DNA of 64,000 nt from Zygnema circumcarinatum SAG 698-1b (Eukaryota; Plantae; Zygnematophyceae): the NCBI GenBank assembly GCA_037447605.1, contig CM074805.1, positions 4,745,361 through 4,809,360 on the forward strand, given 5' to 3'. The translations under genes and the position numbers were made by a program. Of this stretch, positions 51,094-63,600 are shown one piece after another. Positions within the stretch are counted from its first letter, which is position 1. Each line of letters starts with the position of its first letter. The notes beneath the pieces are model-generated. The model did not search any database, was not told where the DNA came from, and worked only from the letters and a program-made list of their open reading frames with translations.

Positions 51094-54000
51094 ATGAAAA
51101 CCACGGCAAATGGAAACGTTCAAAAAGGACAACAAAAATCTCAAATCCGAGATAGCAAAAGGAGAGCCGCTTACAAACATGAGCAAGCTTTAGAAGCAGG
51201 CAGTGAAGGATGCAGGGATCTGGTTGAAAGCGGAGTCACAAGTGACAGTCATGGGGGACAAGGGGGCTCTAGTAGGGTTGCCAGTTGTAATATAGGAGAA
51301 AGATGGACAATGAAGGAATCACATGGCGAGCTTCCAATAACCGAACGGGCTTCAAGCAGTATCGGTTTAGGGCAGAAGCTAGTGAAACCACCCAAGCATT
51401 CTGCAAGTTTGGCCTCAATTTTGGGATCAGTTGCTAGACATGGAAGAGCAAATGGAAACACGAAAAAGTTTAGATTGAATCAAGAGCAGCCGCGGAGGCC
51501 TGAACCTGCTCGAAGAAGTGGTCGTCAAAGGGTCCTGAAAATATTTTCTGATGCGTTCCTGACAGATGACATTGAAGTGTTTGAAACCAAAGGAGGTGTG
51601 CAGTTGCACAGTCTTGAAGACCTCTCCAAAGACGAAAATGGGGGTGGCTCATGTACACGGGAGGGATTGGCTGCTGAAGTCGATGGAGAGGATGTATTGG
51701 GAGAGCACATTAAGGGAAGAAAAAGAGTTCCGGAGGCTAGCAGAAGCCATGCCAGCCTCCCTCGAAAGCGGAAAAAGGAAACCCGAATTGGAGAGACTTC
51801 TCAGCAGGAAATCAGGCAATGGGAGGATGTGTCAGAGCAGCCTTTCGGCACGTTGGCGTCCTGCAGAAACAGGGTCTCAAATGGCAGACAGAGGGTGAAA
51901 GAGATTAACAATATATTTCAACAAAAGGATAGCATTCTGGATGCAGGGCTCTGCCGGTCCCCTTCCACAAAGACAGGAGGAGGAGGAGCCCATCTTGGAG
52001 GGCCAATTGAAAGCACAGATGATGAATCCGACGGAGGAGGATGGTTGGGGTCAAACCCTCCGGGATGGACTGAAGGAAAGGCGGGAACGTCAAAACCAGG
52101 AAGGAAAAAGGGGCCAAAACGAAGGAAGAGGAGAAAGGTTGCCTCCTTGGAAGAGATGATGCGGCGTGAAGATACTGGGCCTCAACGAAAGAAGGCAAGG
52201 GTCGTCTCCTTGGAAGAAATGATGCGAAAGGTAGATGCCGAAACTCAGAGAAAGACGGGCGAGGACGTGGGGAGGACGGGTGGTAGAGTAGCGGAATGTG
52301 GGAGCGGATGGGGAAATACAACGCGACTCCTTGAAGGGATGGACAGCAATTTGCATGGTAGCAAGGTGGAGGCTCCCTCCCTTCTCGCAGAACAAGAGGA
52401 GGGGTCGACCAAGTCTCTGGAGGAAGTCGTTTTTGGACCATTCATCTCAGAGGCACGTTACCAGCCGATCTTCACATCATGTGTGGAGGTGGAGATAGTT
52501 TTGGCGCGAATTCGTGCCGTGACCTATCGGCCTGATCTTGAAGTAACACCTGTAAAGGTGAAGGACGTGAAGGAGAGGGAGATGGAATTGCATGCGGATG
52601 CTACGGCAGAGGTGGTCTTCGTTCTACCAGATTGCGGATTTGCTGAGGAGAGCAAAGGAGGGGCTGTGGGAAAATTCGAGAAAAATTCCATAGAAAGAGT
52701 GCAGGACGAGTCGGAAGGGCTTTGCATTTGTGCCGTGTGTCGGAGACCTGGTGAGAGGAGCATGATTGTCGGATGCTGGAAATGCGGCCGAGTGGAGCAT
52801 CTAACCTGCGGAGAGAAACCCCCTCTCAGCAGTTCGGTTGAGAAGTGAGTATCAGTCAATTCTGCCATGGCTTGCTTTTGCCTTTCGGATGCAAGGCAGG
52901 AGAAGGAGTGCACTACAGGATAATGTCGAGTGGAGTATGTTGGGACCAAGGTCAGATAAGCGGGTGGCTTTTGGTCTAGGGGGCTCAGGGTTCTTAGGGG
53001 CTGTACTTTAACCTAGCAAATCGACCAGTGATAAGGGCATTTTCATTCATTTGATTCTTGATCTTGCAGGTGGAGTTGCCAGGAGTGCCGAGAGTGCAAC
53101 AGCTGCAACGTCAATGTTCTGACAAGCTGCAATAAGGACCCTGCACAGAACCAATCCCCTTGTCATTCTTGCTCCGTAGCTAGGGTTCACAATGACGAGG
53201 CTGGTGATAAATCTACAGCTGAAGCCTTTACTTCTGTTGGGGAAAGAGGAGTGGAGGCATTTTCCTCCCAGGATGCAGGAGTCCCTGGGAATGATCAACT
53301 CTCCCCCATATGTCCACTTCATAGGACAGAGTATGTGTTTGATGGTAAAGTGAGATATTTACTCCTTCAAGAAGAGGGGCCTGGAATTTGCAATTGCCAG
53401 GTGCTGCATTTCTCAGAGTATGAAGTGTCCTGTCCGAAAGCTTGTGCCGCCTGTGGGGGGCCGCAGAATTCTCAGGAGGAAGAAATTGGATTCATAACCT
53501 GCATGAAATGCGGAAAGGGCTATCATGATTCTTGCGTAGGGATATGTCTAAGAGTCACACCGCAGCTGAAAGACCGTTGGCGGTGTTCTAGCTGCAAGCT
53601 TTGTGAGACGTGTGGAGAGATAGGGGCTGTGAGAGGGATGATCATATGTGGGGTATGCGATAAAGGCTTCCATAAACCCTGTTTACCTGAGGACTGCTTG
53701 CCCACAACAAATAATCGCAGGTTGGGTTGGGCATGCCCGCACTGCAGCTCCTGCAAATGTGGAGCTTGCTACGGAGAAGCAGCTGCTCTCACTCGATGGT
53801 ATCCAGTAGAAGGGGAGGTTGTTTGCGGGCGATGTTGGCTGCGAAGAGAGAAATGTGAGGAGAGAGGAGAAATGACTGCAAGCTGTCAAATTTGTAGAGC
53901 ACCATTTACTGTTCAGGGGCTTGATGGTGGGCTTCCAGTTGTCCAATGCTCCATTTGTGAGGGGCTACTGCATGTACCTTGTATGGAGACTGTGGAGGGG

Positions 54001-57000
54001 ACGGGAGGTGTAGGAGAGGAGATTACTTGTCTGAAGGGCCCTTGCTGCCTGAGATGTAGAGCAGAGTTTGCAGGAAACGGTACTTCGGCAAGGCAAGGTG
54101 GAGGGGAGAATGAAAAGCCCACAGAGGATGCTGAGAGGAACATGGCTATTTTTGAAGCAGAGATGAAGCACGAGGATGATGGCTTGGAAGCTGCTCTGGA
54201 GAGTTTCCAGGAAGGTGAACCTCCTGTTCTGACCGTTGAATCCAGTGGGACGGTCGACATGTGCATGAAAGAAACCTGCTTTACTGAGGGCACAGAGATG
54301 GAAGCTACGAAGTTGGCGGATACAGATAAGGGTGAGGAAGTAGTTCAATATTTACAGAAGATTGTGACCGATGACAAGCGACATGGAGAACCGGCTTCTA
54401 GAAGCAGTGCGTTTTTAATGGTAGGTGATGTAGTAAGGAAGGACGGAGATAGCAGGGAAAGGCAGGAGCCTAAAGCCCAGGAAATTTTATGTAATGCAAA
54501 CCTATCTGACGATCCAACACCACTCCTTCATTACGTGAGCGAGTCTTCACATACTGTTGTTGAAATCCCTTGCAATCCGACCCAAGTTTCAAGGCTTGAT
54601 CCTTCCATGGTGTTCGGAATGCAGACCAGCCAAACAGGTTGGGCAGACTCGTCAACCGAAAGCTTCCTTCAAAACTCTCCGTTTCAAGAAAAGGAAGCCA
54701 ATGTATGGAAAAATTCAGACTTCGACTCTTTATGCGAAGGGGACGATCAAAGAGGAAGATTCAGGCAGGGTTCGAGGGAAGCTGTTGATGGTCCGCTTTT
54801 TGGGGAGGAGGTGGAGAGGTCGGTTGCAGTGGAAGTGCACGTTTGGAAATCCAAAAGCATCGCAAGTTCTGCAGTGGAGAAAAGTCCTCCTAGTCAAGTT
54901 AGTGGAGAAACCCAGCTTGTAAACCCAATTCCAAATTTGAGTGAGATAGGCTCTGCCACGAATTCCCTGCACTGCTCAGTCGGAATTGGAACCACTTCTC
55001 TCCCTTTTCCTGCTCAGCTTGACATTCAGCAGACCAAGGCATTTGATGCGGGGTCTATTTCTGCAATGTTGGCACATTCTCCTATTCATTCCTCCGTGGA
55101 TCAGATGAATGGGTTCTCGGAGCATGCACAGAAATCTACTGCAGGAGTGGTGGTTACCTCACCTCTACCTGCATCAGCTCGGTCCAATCTTCTTCCAGGT
55201 TTGCAGAAAGTAGACGAAGTCAGAGAGGAAGGAGGGGTTTTCGAGACCCATCTCCCAGACAAGCGGATTTCCTGCTCACCAAATTCTTCGTCGCCCAGAA
55301 CGATAGAGCGGCTGAACCCAGCATTTAAAGTATGGGGTTTACCCATACAATCAGGAGCTGGGCATCCACCTGAGTTTAGCCGTGCAAATAGGAGTGGAGT
55401 TCATCCCTTGACTTCAAATATAACTAACAACGAGTCATCTCAAAACATTCAAAATCCGTTTTTGCAGTATCCTCATGAGGGTCTCCCACCCTGTAATGAC
55501 TCTCCAAGAATCTCTTCTGGGGTTTTCAATGCTGAGAGTCTCGCAAGTGAAGGGATGAGGCAGAGAATAGATTCGTCGACTCACTTGAGACATGATGTAG
55601 GGCACGTTGTAGGAGTGGGTTCAGTAGACAACGGCTGGAAAAAGATGGGAGCAGTAGTGGGGAGAAGAGAGGGGGAGGTGAGCAAGCAGACTTATTCATG
55701 CGCCACCGCCGGAGCCCAAAATAAGGAGGAAAGGACTGCCATATTAGAGGAAAAAGTGACTTCGCTAAAAGCAAATGTTTCGGAGCTTCGGGAGCAACTT
55801 CAGCAGCAGGAGGCTAGAGATTGGCAGTGGCTTCAAGCAGCCGTTCAATGTTCCCAGACCCTAACTGAAGGACTAAATGAAAGGAATCTTCTGTTTGGAA
55901 ACGTTTGCTTAGGACAGAATGTAGGGCTGCAAGTAATTGAAATCCAATTGGCAGCAAGGCAGGCTCAGAGGCAGCAGCAGTGGCAGCTGGTGAAGCAGGC
56001 GGAGGCAGAAATCACAAAGCAGGAGCTCATTCTGAAGGTGCTGAAGACAGACCAACCGCACAGTACTACGAAGGATTTGCAAAGCTCAGTTGGCAACAGG
56101 CAGCTGCAGGAAAGCTTTCTACCTGTGAGAAGTGGGGATCAAAGTCAAAGTCAACAAGGAGAGGCAGCCAAACACCAGAAAGTGCAGGCACATGTGGGGC
56201 AGATGCATCCTCAGTTACAAGCCAATAATCTGCAGGTGGGTCATGGACAGGAGAGGTCTCTGCAGGCAGTATTGCCCATTCCGAAGGTAGGGATACAGAA
56301 CAATGCAGCCGTGCAGATGGCAGAGCGGCAATTCTATGACTGGCCTCAGCTTCTGCCTAAAGTTCAGAATTGTACGCCGCACTTGGTCCATTCAGGGACC
56401 CTTCAGCAGGAACAACAGTCGGAGCTTCAAATGCAGCATAGAAACACGCAGCAGGGACAGCAGCTTCCCTTGCACCTGCTCCAGTTCTGCGAGCAGCAGC
56501 AGTTCCCTGAGCAGAACTCCCTCCCTCCCTCCCTTGTTATGCAGCAGCAAAGGCAATCACACTCACTTTACCATCATCACCAGCAGCAGTCAGTGCAGGC
56601 ATTATATCAGCAGCAGCAGCAGCAGTTGCCGGTGCAGGCATTACATCAGTCGCAGCAGCAGCAAGTGGGTTTGCAACAGTGCACTCAGCAGCAGCAGGAG
56701 GAATTGGTCCCACATCACTTGAACAAGCAGCAAGTTGAACTACCAGCACATCTCTTACAACAGCAACAGCAAAGCCTTCTTTATGAGCATCTCGAGCAGC
56801 AGAGGCTGGCAAGATTCATGCAGCAACAAGCTGTTGCAGGGAAACTTAAGCAGCTGCAAGAACAACGCGCCCATGAACTGAATAAACTGCAAACTGAGGT
56901 CCAATCCCAGAAGTCTAGAGAATATTTTCAGAATTCGCAAGGGCTGAGTCTCCTACAGAAGCAAAGCTCTGCAAGTCCACAAATAGGGCTTGAAAGAATG

Positions 57001-58143
57001 GCTTCTTCTCCTTATAATGTACCGTTCTCCCATGGTATATCCTTGAACCCTTCCTTACTTGCATCTCCTCAAGCCCCTCCTCAACATGCTAGCACGAATG
57101 ATGGATCCATGGGGCATACGTCCTTTGTCAATCCAATGAAAGGACCGAGCCCTAATCGTTTGGAGTCAAATCATTGGCGACGATATTCAACCGTTACTGC
57201 GCAGCATCCCCCTATTCAGCAGCATGGGACAAGCCGGAGGAGGAGTTTGCCGATAAAGGATTGGTTCAAAGTATTTGCAAAGACCCAAAGCTTATCTTGC
57301 TGTGAGGGAGAGACAGATCAAAATCAAATCTCTGAACAGACGAGCCTTTCGTTGTCCGGTGTCAGACTCGGAAACGATGTTCCACCCAATCTGTGGTGGA
57401 AAAGGCTGCAGAACAGTAAAGGAAACGATTCTGTTGACTTGTCTGAAGGAGAAGGAAAGTCAGATTCCAAGGAGGAGAATTGTGGCTTGAGTGCTTGCAT
57501 TCCAATTAAGTGTGTAGCATACACTTTTCGGAAAAACGGAGTCTTGAAACTAGCTCGAGTTCCTGTATGTGGGCTCTCTGTTCCAGACGTTTTGGGCCCA
57601 ATGAGTCGGTTTGCAGAGCTTAGTGGGAGGGAGGACGACCCATTAGCCCTATTGAAGGAGTGCAGAGCTATGCTTATAGCTATGGCTACTATGGACGTAA
57701 AAGTGAATGCAGGAAGGCTGACCAGGGCACCGCAAATAGATAGAAGTGTTTGTCACTGTAAGCTGCAAGGGTGTGCTCTTTGCAGCACTATCACATGGAT
57801 AAGGCTCGTCTCTCCTCAGAGTAAAGTAGAGCAGCCCAAAAGCGGCTCGCAGATTCTTCCAGAAGGAGCTCTGCAGATTTTTGCTGAAATTTCTACTCCC
57901 AAGGTAGTCGTGCCCGAGTGGCTTCAGAAACTCGCACTCGATAGTGCGGAGGTTGCACGGCAGAAAGGGAGGGAGCAGCAGGGGGAAGAGAGGGGAGAGC
58001 TGCAGGTGGTAGTGGGAGGTGGGAGGGAGAGTGCGTCTATTGAAGTCGACCAAGCCGGAGAAAGTGGTGCCATTCTCTTGAGCTCGTCGAGGAGTATCAA
58101 TGGGCCCAATTTTTCTGATCAAGGCCTGGGGGTAGGTCTGTGA
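51094..58143 (+). CDS. ~2291-aa multi-PHD-finger, Q-rich nuclear protein (At3g08020/trithorax-MLL-type PHD module, no SET domain seen)
   Basis: Exons 51094-52844, 52900-52950 and 53070-58143 join in frame (6876 nt). Four C4-H-C3 PHD patterns, NLS-like basic runs, a coiled-coil-like segment, and Q-rich ~55950-56950. A donor GGG|GTAGGT near 58132 could extend the C-terminus. Confidence 0.8.
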
Positions 58144-59985
58144 ACACCTGCTGGTTTGTTATGTGAAGTCTGTGTTTATGGGTCCCCATGTGCATGTTCC
58201 TTTGCAGAAAGAGATGTTAAATGTTTCGGTTCTTTCCGTTTTGCTGATGCAGATGGAGGGGCAGACTGCTGGAAGTTTTGACTGTCGAGAGTCTGTCGTT
58301 TCTGGAGGTGCGAAGCAGGTAGAATTTTTGAATGGAATCTTTATGGCACAGCTCAAGAAGCTTAAATGTCCTCCTGGTTAACGTGGTGGAGATTGGAGAG
58401 CATGAACATACTGAAGGAATGCATGCGATGAAGGAGGGGAAAGAACGAGTTGGAAACAGAGCGAGGAATGAGGAAGTTGAGAGCGAGAGGAGGAAGATCA
58501 TAAAAAACTGGAAAGCAGCTGCTCTGATAAGACAGACATCGGGAAAGGAGAGGCTCAGTCCCTCGGCAGTGGAAGTTTGTCATGTCGAACAGAGCATGGA
58601 GGCAGAATAGTAGAGGGCAGAAGCGGATCAGAGAAGGGAGGGAGAGGATGGTAGCCCCAGTTTGAAGAGACTGCAGGGACAAGCTGCCTTGGAGCAGATA
58701 ATGTCCCCACAAGGAGAAGGAAAGGGTGGTTATATACCGAGGAGAGCACTTAGCTGCAGGCAGAGCCACAATGGCCCTCTTCCTCCTCCTTGTTTTGGAA
58801 AGCAGGCTTTTTGGGCCTGCAAAAGAAACGTGCCGTGAGAGAGAGACCGAGCTACGCTAACTTGTTTCGCATCTACGAGCTGCCAAAGCTGTAAGAGTGG
58901 GACGTTAGTGGTAGGGAGATGGAGAGGGGGAGGAGAGGGAAAGGGAAGGCGACAGGTGTGGCGGCATCGTCAGTGTGCGGTTTGGGACTAATTATAAAAT
59001 ATAATAGACGGGGGGGTAATAGGGGGGTGGGTAAACTTCCACTGCTTTTTCTTTGGGATTGCGTTCTTTTTTTTCTATTAACTCAAATAGGAGGAGGTTG
59101 ACGCGGCCTTTTCTGTATTGGTTGGCAATATTGATTATTAGTCACGGTTTAGGTTTATTTGGAGGTTAAATTAACCGGCTGAGAAGTATAGGTTTCGGTT
59201 GTCAACAAAGGCAAACCGAGAGGTTGATTTTGAAAGTCTTCATCGGAGGACTCGGAGAATAGCCCTTCTCCCCTCCCCACTTTTTCTTTTTTTTTTGGTT
59301 GCCTTCAAGTTAGCAGCAGCACACGGGAAGCCGGGCTGCCCGAAATGGAAACGTTTAGCCATCTCTGATAACCTTACATGGAGGCTACGGAGCTTTGCTA
59401 CAGTTAAATACAGGTTCCCCTTCCAATTTTGTAATTATTGAAAACCGCAGCTGGTGGAATAACTTTTTAATAACAAAGATAATGACATTTTGCTACTTTA
59501 TATTCGGCACTACTTTGTCAATATGCGATGCTCTATGTCCAACGGTTTTTTCTTCTTGTCAAATGTACTTTTCTTCTGCATTGCAGAAGGGGGTTTGTTG
59601 TTGGAGACATATGTGAACCTAAAAGAAAGGTAAAATCAGAACCCTTGTGTGGAAAACCTGCGCTTTTGCGATCTTGAAAGTTTGGGTTTTTGTCATCTGC
59701 ACAGTGGGTGCAAATGGGGTAAAGGAGGCACACTCTCGCGTACAGCTGCACCTCTGTTTACAGATTCAAACCTCTGCTTGTCGCCGACATATAGGAGGAG
59801 GCTTGCTGGGCTTAGGGCTGCTCGGGAGATGACCCATGTTCAGAAGCATTTGCCTATAACTGACCTATAAAACTTCCATTACGATATATAATTGTGAAAA
59901 TTCATGAAAATTCAAGATCAAAACAATCATATGTCTTCAAAAGGGGACCCTCTCCCAAAAGAAATTAAACAGGCCCAGGGCCCAG

Positions 59986-60008
59986 GCCTGCCCCGCTACG
60001 GGGCGGGC
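59986..60008. other. GC-rich 10-bp-stem hairpin in AT-rich intergenic DNA
   Basis: GCCTGCCCCG-CTA-CGGGGCGGGC (one G-T pair), preceded by GGCCCA site-II-like motifs. Confidence 0.6.
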
Positions 60009-60367
60009 CGCCCGCCATGGCTCTCTCCCGATGTGGGCAAGAAGGCGCCGCCCAACCGGGCTTCCTTCCTCTTTAGTGTGGGGCGGAGGAGGGCTGGTTT
60101 CCGCTTCAGATGGCTTTCTGCGGGTACAGAAAAAAGTTTTTATGTGTTCGGCGGGCAGTACGAAAAAAAATTGGGGAAAAAAATGTTCTACTATTACAAT
60201 TTTTTAGTCCGTTACGTCGAGGAATGTTTTAGGTCAACCCGCTTCAACGGTCAGATTTCGGTCACAGAAAAAAATATAAATTTTGCTTCTATTTTTAATT
60301 ACGTTTTTGTAGGGCCGTTTTCGCGTCCGCAGTACAGTAACAACCTAAACCAGCATCGTCTAATCAG

Positions 60368-60461
60368 ATATCGCCACGTGTAAACTATGTCCACGTGGCA
60401 AATTGGCATTGGAACAAGACTGTAGTAATACGCCTGCAACGGAAAAAGGCCTTTAGGGTTT
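60368..60461. promoter_or_regulatory. ORP3 promoter: inverted G-box pair plus telo-box
   Basis: GCCACGTGTAAACTATGTCCACGTGGC 60373-60399; TAGGGTTT 60454-60461. Confidence 0.65.
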
Positions 60462-60600
60462 AAAATTGCAACCGCGTCTGGCATTTTCCCTCGCCCTTCC
60501 TCTCCCTCTCCCTCTCCCGCTCCTCCTTTCTCTCTCCCTCGCCCTCTCCCTCTCCCCCTTTCTCCCTCTCTCCCTCTCCCCCTGTCTCTCTACCTGCACT

Positions 60601-63600
60601 ATGGCCGGGGACGAGAAGAAGAAGGGCATTTTTGGAATGTTTGGAACTCGGTTTTCCACGATCAGCCATGGCATTCAAGACGCCGGCCACTCCGTTGTGA
60701 ACGGAATCCGTCAGTAAGCACTAAACTGGAACTGAAACTGAAACTGGAACTGGCTGCCAATCCTGCTTTCATTTGTTAGCTGAAAACGAGTCTGGACCGA
60801 TCCTTTCTGTCGGTTGCTTCTTGGACGATGCAATGCACTCCAATCCTTCACCTTTTTTTTTTGCAATTGTTTCTGCTTTTTTGTGGTTTGATTTCTCATT
60901 TTGATTTGTTGCTTCAAACAGAAGTTAGGGTTATGATGTCATGGCTTTCTTGATCTTGACTTGTCGGCATTCTGTCAAAAGCTTGTTTAAATCTGATTGG
61001 TTTACTGATTAATTAAGATATCGAAACGTTCTTCTTATCTTTCTTTCTTTCTTTTTGGTGTTATTCCTGCAGCCTCGGCGGTAGTGAAAACATCGAAGTG
61101 GTGAATCCTGAGGGAGGTGAGAATGATGCGGAGGAGGAAGCCAAGAGAGGCCGCTTCAAGAAAGAAGTAAGCGGAATGGAGCCTCATTCCTTTCGCACTC
61201 GAGTGCAATGTGTGTTTTGGGATGTCTCTCTCCCTCTCTCTCTTGCTTTCGCTCTCCTCTCTCTCTCTTTCACCAGCCTTCCCTCTCTCTCTCTCTTTCT
61301 CTCTATAACTTACACTTTTGCCATGTTGCTCGCTCCTTCCTCTCTCTTCCCTTTTCAATGCCTTTTCCCCTCTCTCTGCCTCTCCCACTCTTTCCCCGAG
61401 TCTCCTTTTGGAGGGAGGGCAGTTTTTTAAGTAGTTTCAAAACCAGCCCTATCTCACATTGTGCACGTTGTCTTCCAGGAGCGGGACGGTTATTTTAAGA
61501 TGATGTCAAAGTACATCGGAGCTGATGTCACCTCCATGGTCACATTGCCTGTCATCATTTTTGAGCCAATGACGATGCTGCAGAAAATGGCAGAGGTACT
61601 TTCTTTACTGTTTTTGATTTTCGCAGTCTTTGGCTTATTCAGTTTCAAGTCAAAGATACTGAAGGAAGGTGGGGTTATATGGAGCGTGTTTCCGCTTGTG
61701 CTTTATCACGTGCCACTTGTTTGTGATTTTTGGTACGTACATTTTGCTTCTTTTCCTTTTTTGAAGTTTCTAAAGGTCTGCTTTTCTGTTCAAAAAAAAG
61801 TCATGATGTATCCAGTCAGCACCTGAGAATACTTCTGTTTGCTACCGATTTGAGTTCAGCTAATGGAGTATTCAGAACTCCTCAACGAGGCTGACAAAAC
61901 AGACGACCCAACAATGCGGATGGTGTATGCCGGTGCGTATTTTATGCTCAGGTTCCTTGATAGCGTAGCCATATGGCTAAGTGCCTTTTTTCTCTCTCTT
62001 TGTTTGCCTGCTATTTGTGTACCTCCACGTACGGATCTTCGTTGCGAATCTTAGCTTCACAAACTGGTCGATAATTCAACTTTGGGATCAAAATCTCATT
62101 TTTATTATCTGATTGTTTTTTTTGGGTTTTTGTCGACCTGTCTCCATTGTAGTGTGTTGGGCTGTTTCCGTTTATTATGCCTATCAACGGACATGGAAGC
62201 CATTCAACCCTATTCTGGGGGAGACCTACGAATTGGCTAACCACAACGGCGTTAGTTTTTTAGCAGAGCAGGTCTGTTTACTGAAGCGTTTCATCATCCG
62301 TGACTTTTTTTGCAGTTTGCACGGCATAGACTAGTTTTAATTCTAAAGCACTTAGGAAGTGGATGCATGCTAGAAAGAGACAGAAAGAATGTAAGGAAGT
62401 GGTTGTTTGCTCGCGATGACATTCTCAATCTTATTGGGTTTGCAGGTCAGCCACCACCCTCCTATGAGTGCGGGCCATGCAGAAAACGAGCACTTCACGT
62501 ATGACTGCACATCGAAGTTAAAGACCAAATTTTTAGGGAACTCACTTGATGTGTACCCTGTTGGAAGGTGTGTGCTCATGCACACTTGCACTCATTCACT
62601 TACACAGTTCAAAGAAGTGGTGAATTATGAACCCTATCTTTTTCTCTCTTTAACTCTCACTATCTCTCTCATGCACAGGACACGAGTAGTGTTGAAGCGA
62701 ACAGGACACGAGTTAGATCTGGTGCCACCTCCAACGAAGGTGCACAATCTCATCTTTGGTCGAACGTGGGTAGATTCTCCCGGAGACATGGTTTTGACCA
62801 ATACAACAACGGGGGATAAGGTTGTGCTTTACTTTCAACCTTGTGGCTGGTTGGGGTAAGGTTTAAACCTTCTCTATTTTTATATGCACCTGGGAGGCAA
62901 CGGTTGGAACATGAATCGACTACATTGATTGAGAAAAGCATCTGTGAAAATTACGATGGGCAGTAGCTATAATGTTTTCGAAGCACTATTCAGCCCTAGT
63001 GTGGATACGGAAGTTTGTGAAGTCTTACTATTTTCTGGCTCTGCTGTCATTGCAGATCCGGTAGGTATGAGGTAGATGGGTATGTTTACAATGCAGCGGA
63101 GGAGCCGCAGATGTTGATTACTGGCAAATGGAATTCCTCATTGAGCTGCCAACCCTGCGATATTGAGGGTGAACCTATCGAAGGAACAAAATTGCTTGAG
63201 GTACCTCACATTTGCTCATATGTTGCACTGCATTCTGGTTTTGAGAGAGGGCAATAGGCGAGAGAAAAGGAGAGAGCGAGCGGTTGTCGGGCAGCAGGGA
63301 AAAGGGAGAAGGGAGAAAATGGATGGGGTTGCACGAGGAAGTGGGAGTGGAGGGAGTCAGGGAGGGATAGGCAGGGGGAGTGTGGAGGAAAAGGGGGGTG
63401 GGACGGTTGGACCAGTAGAGGAGACGGGGGAAGTTGGAAGGTGAAGGGAATTTGAGAATGAGATGGAGACGGTATGGAGAACGGGTGTAAAAGGAGAGAG
63501 GACAATGCTGAAGAGCAGAGTAGAGAGAGAGAGGTAGAGAGGGGATGGAGGCATGAGTACATGCCGGGCGGGCGGGGGGAGGCATGAATTCACGCACCTA

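Noticed and set aside
51249-58769. Numerous 60-180-aa antisense and alternative-frame ORFs over the PHD gene
   Set aside because: Expected shadow ORFs of a long, moderately GC-rich coding exon; no motifs recognised.
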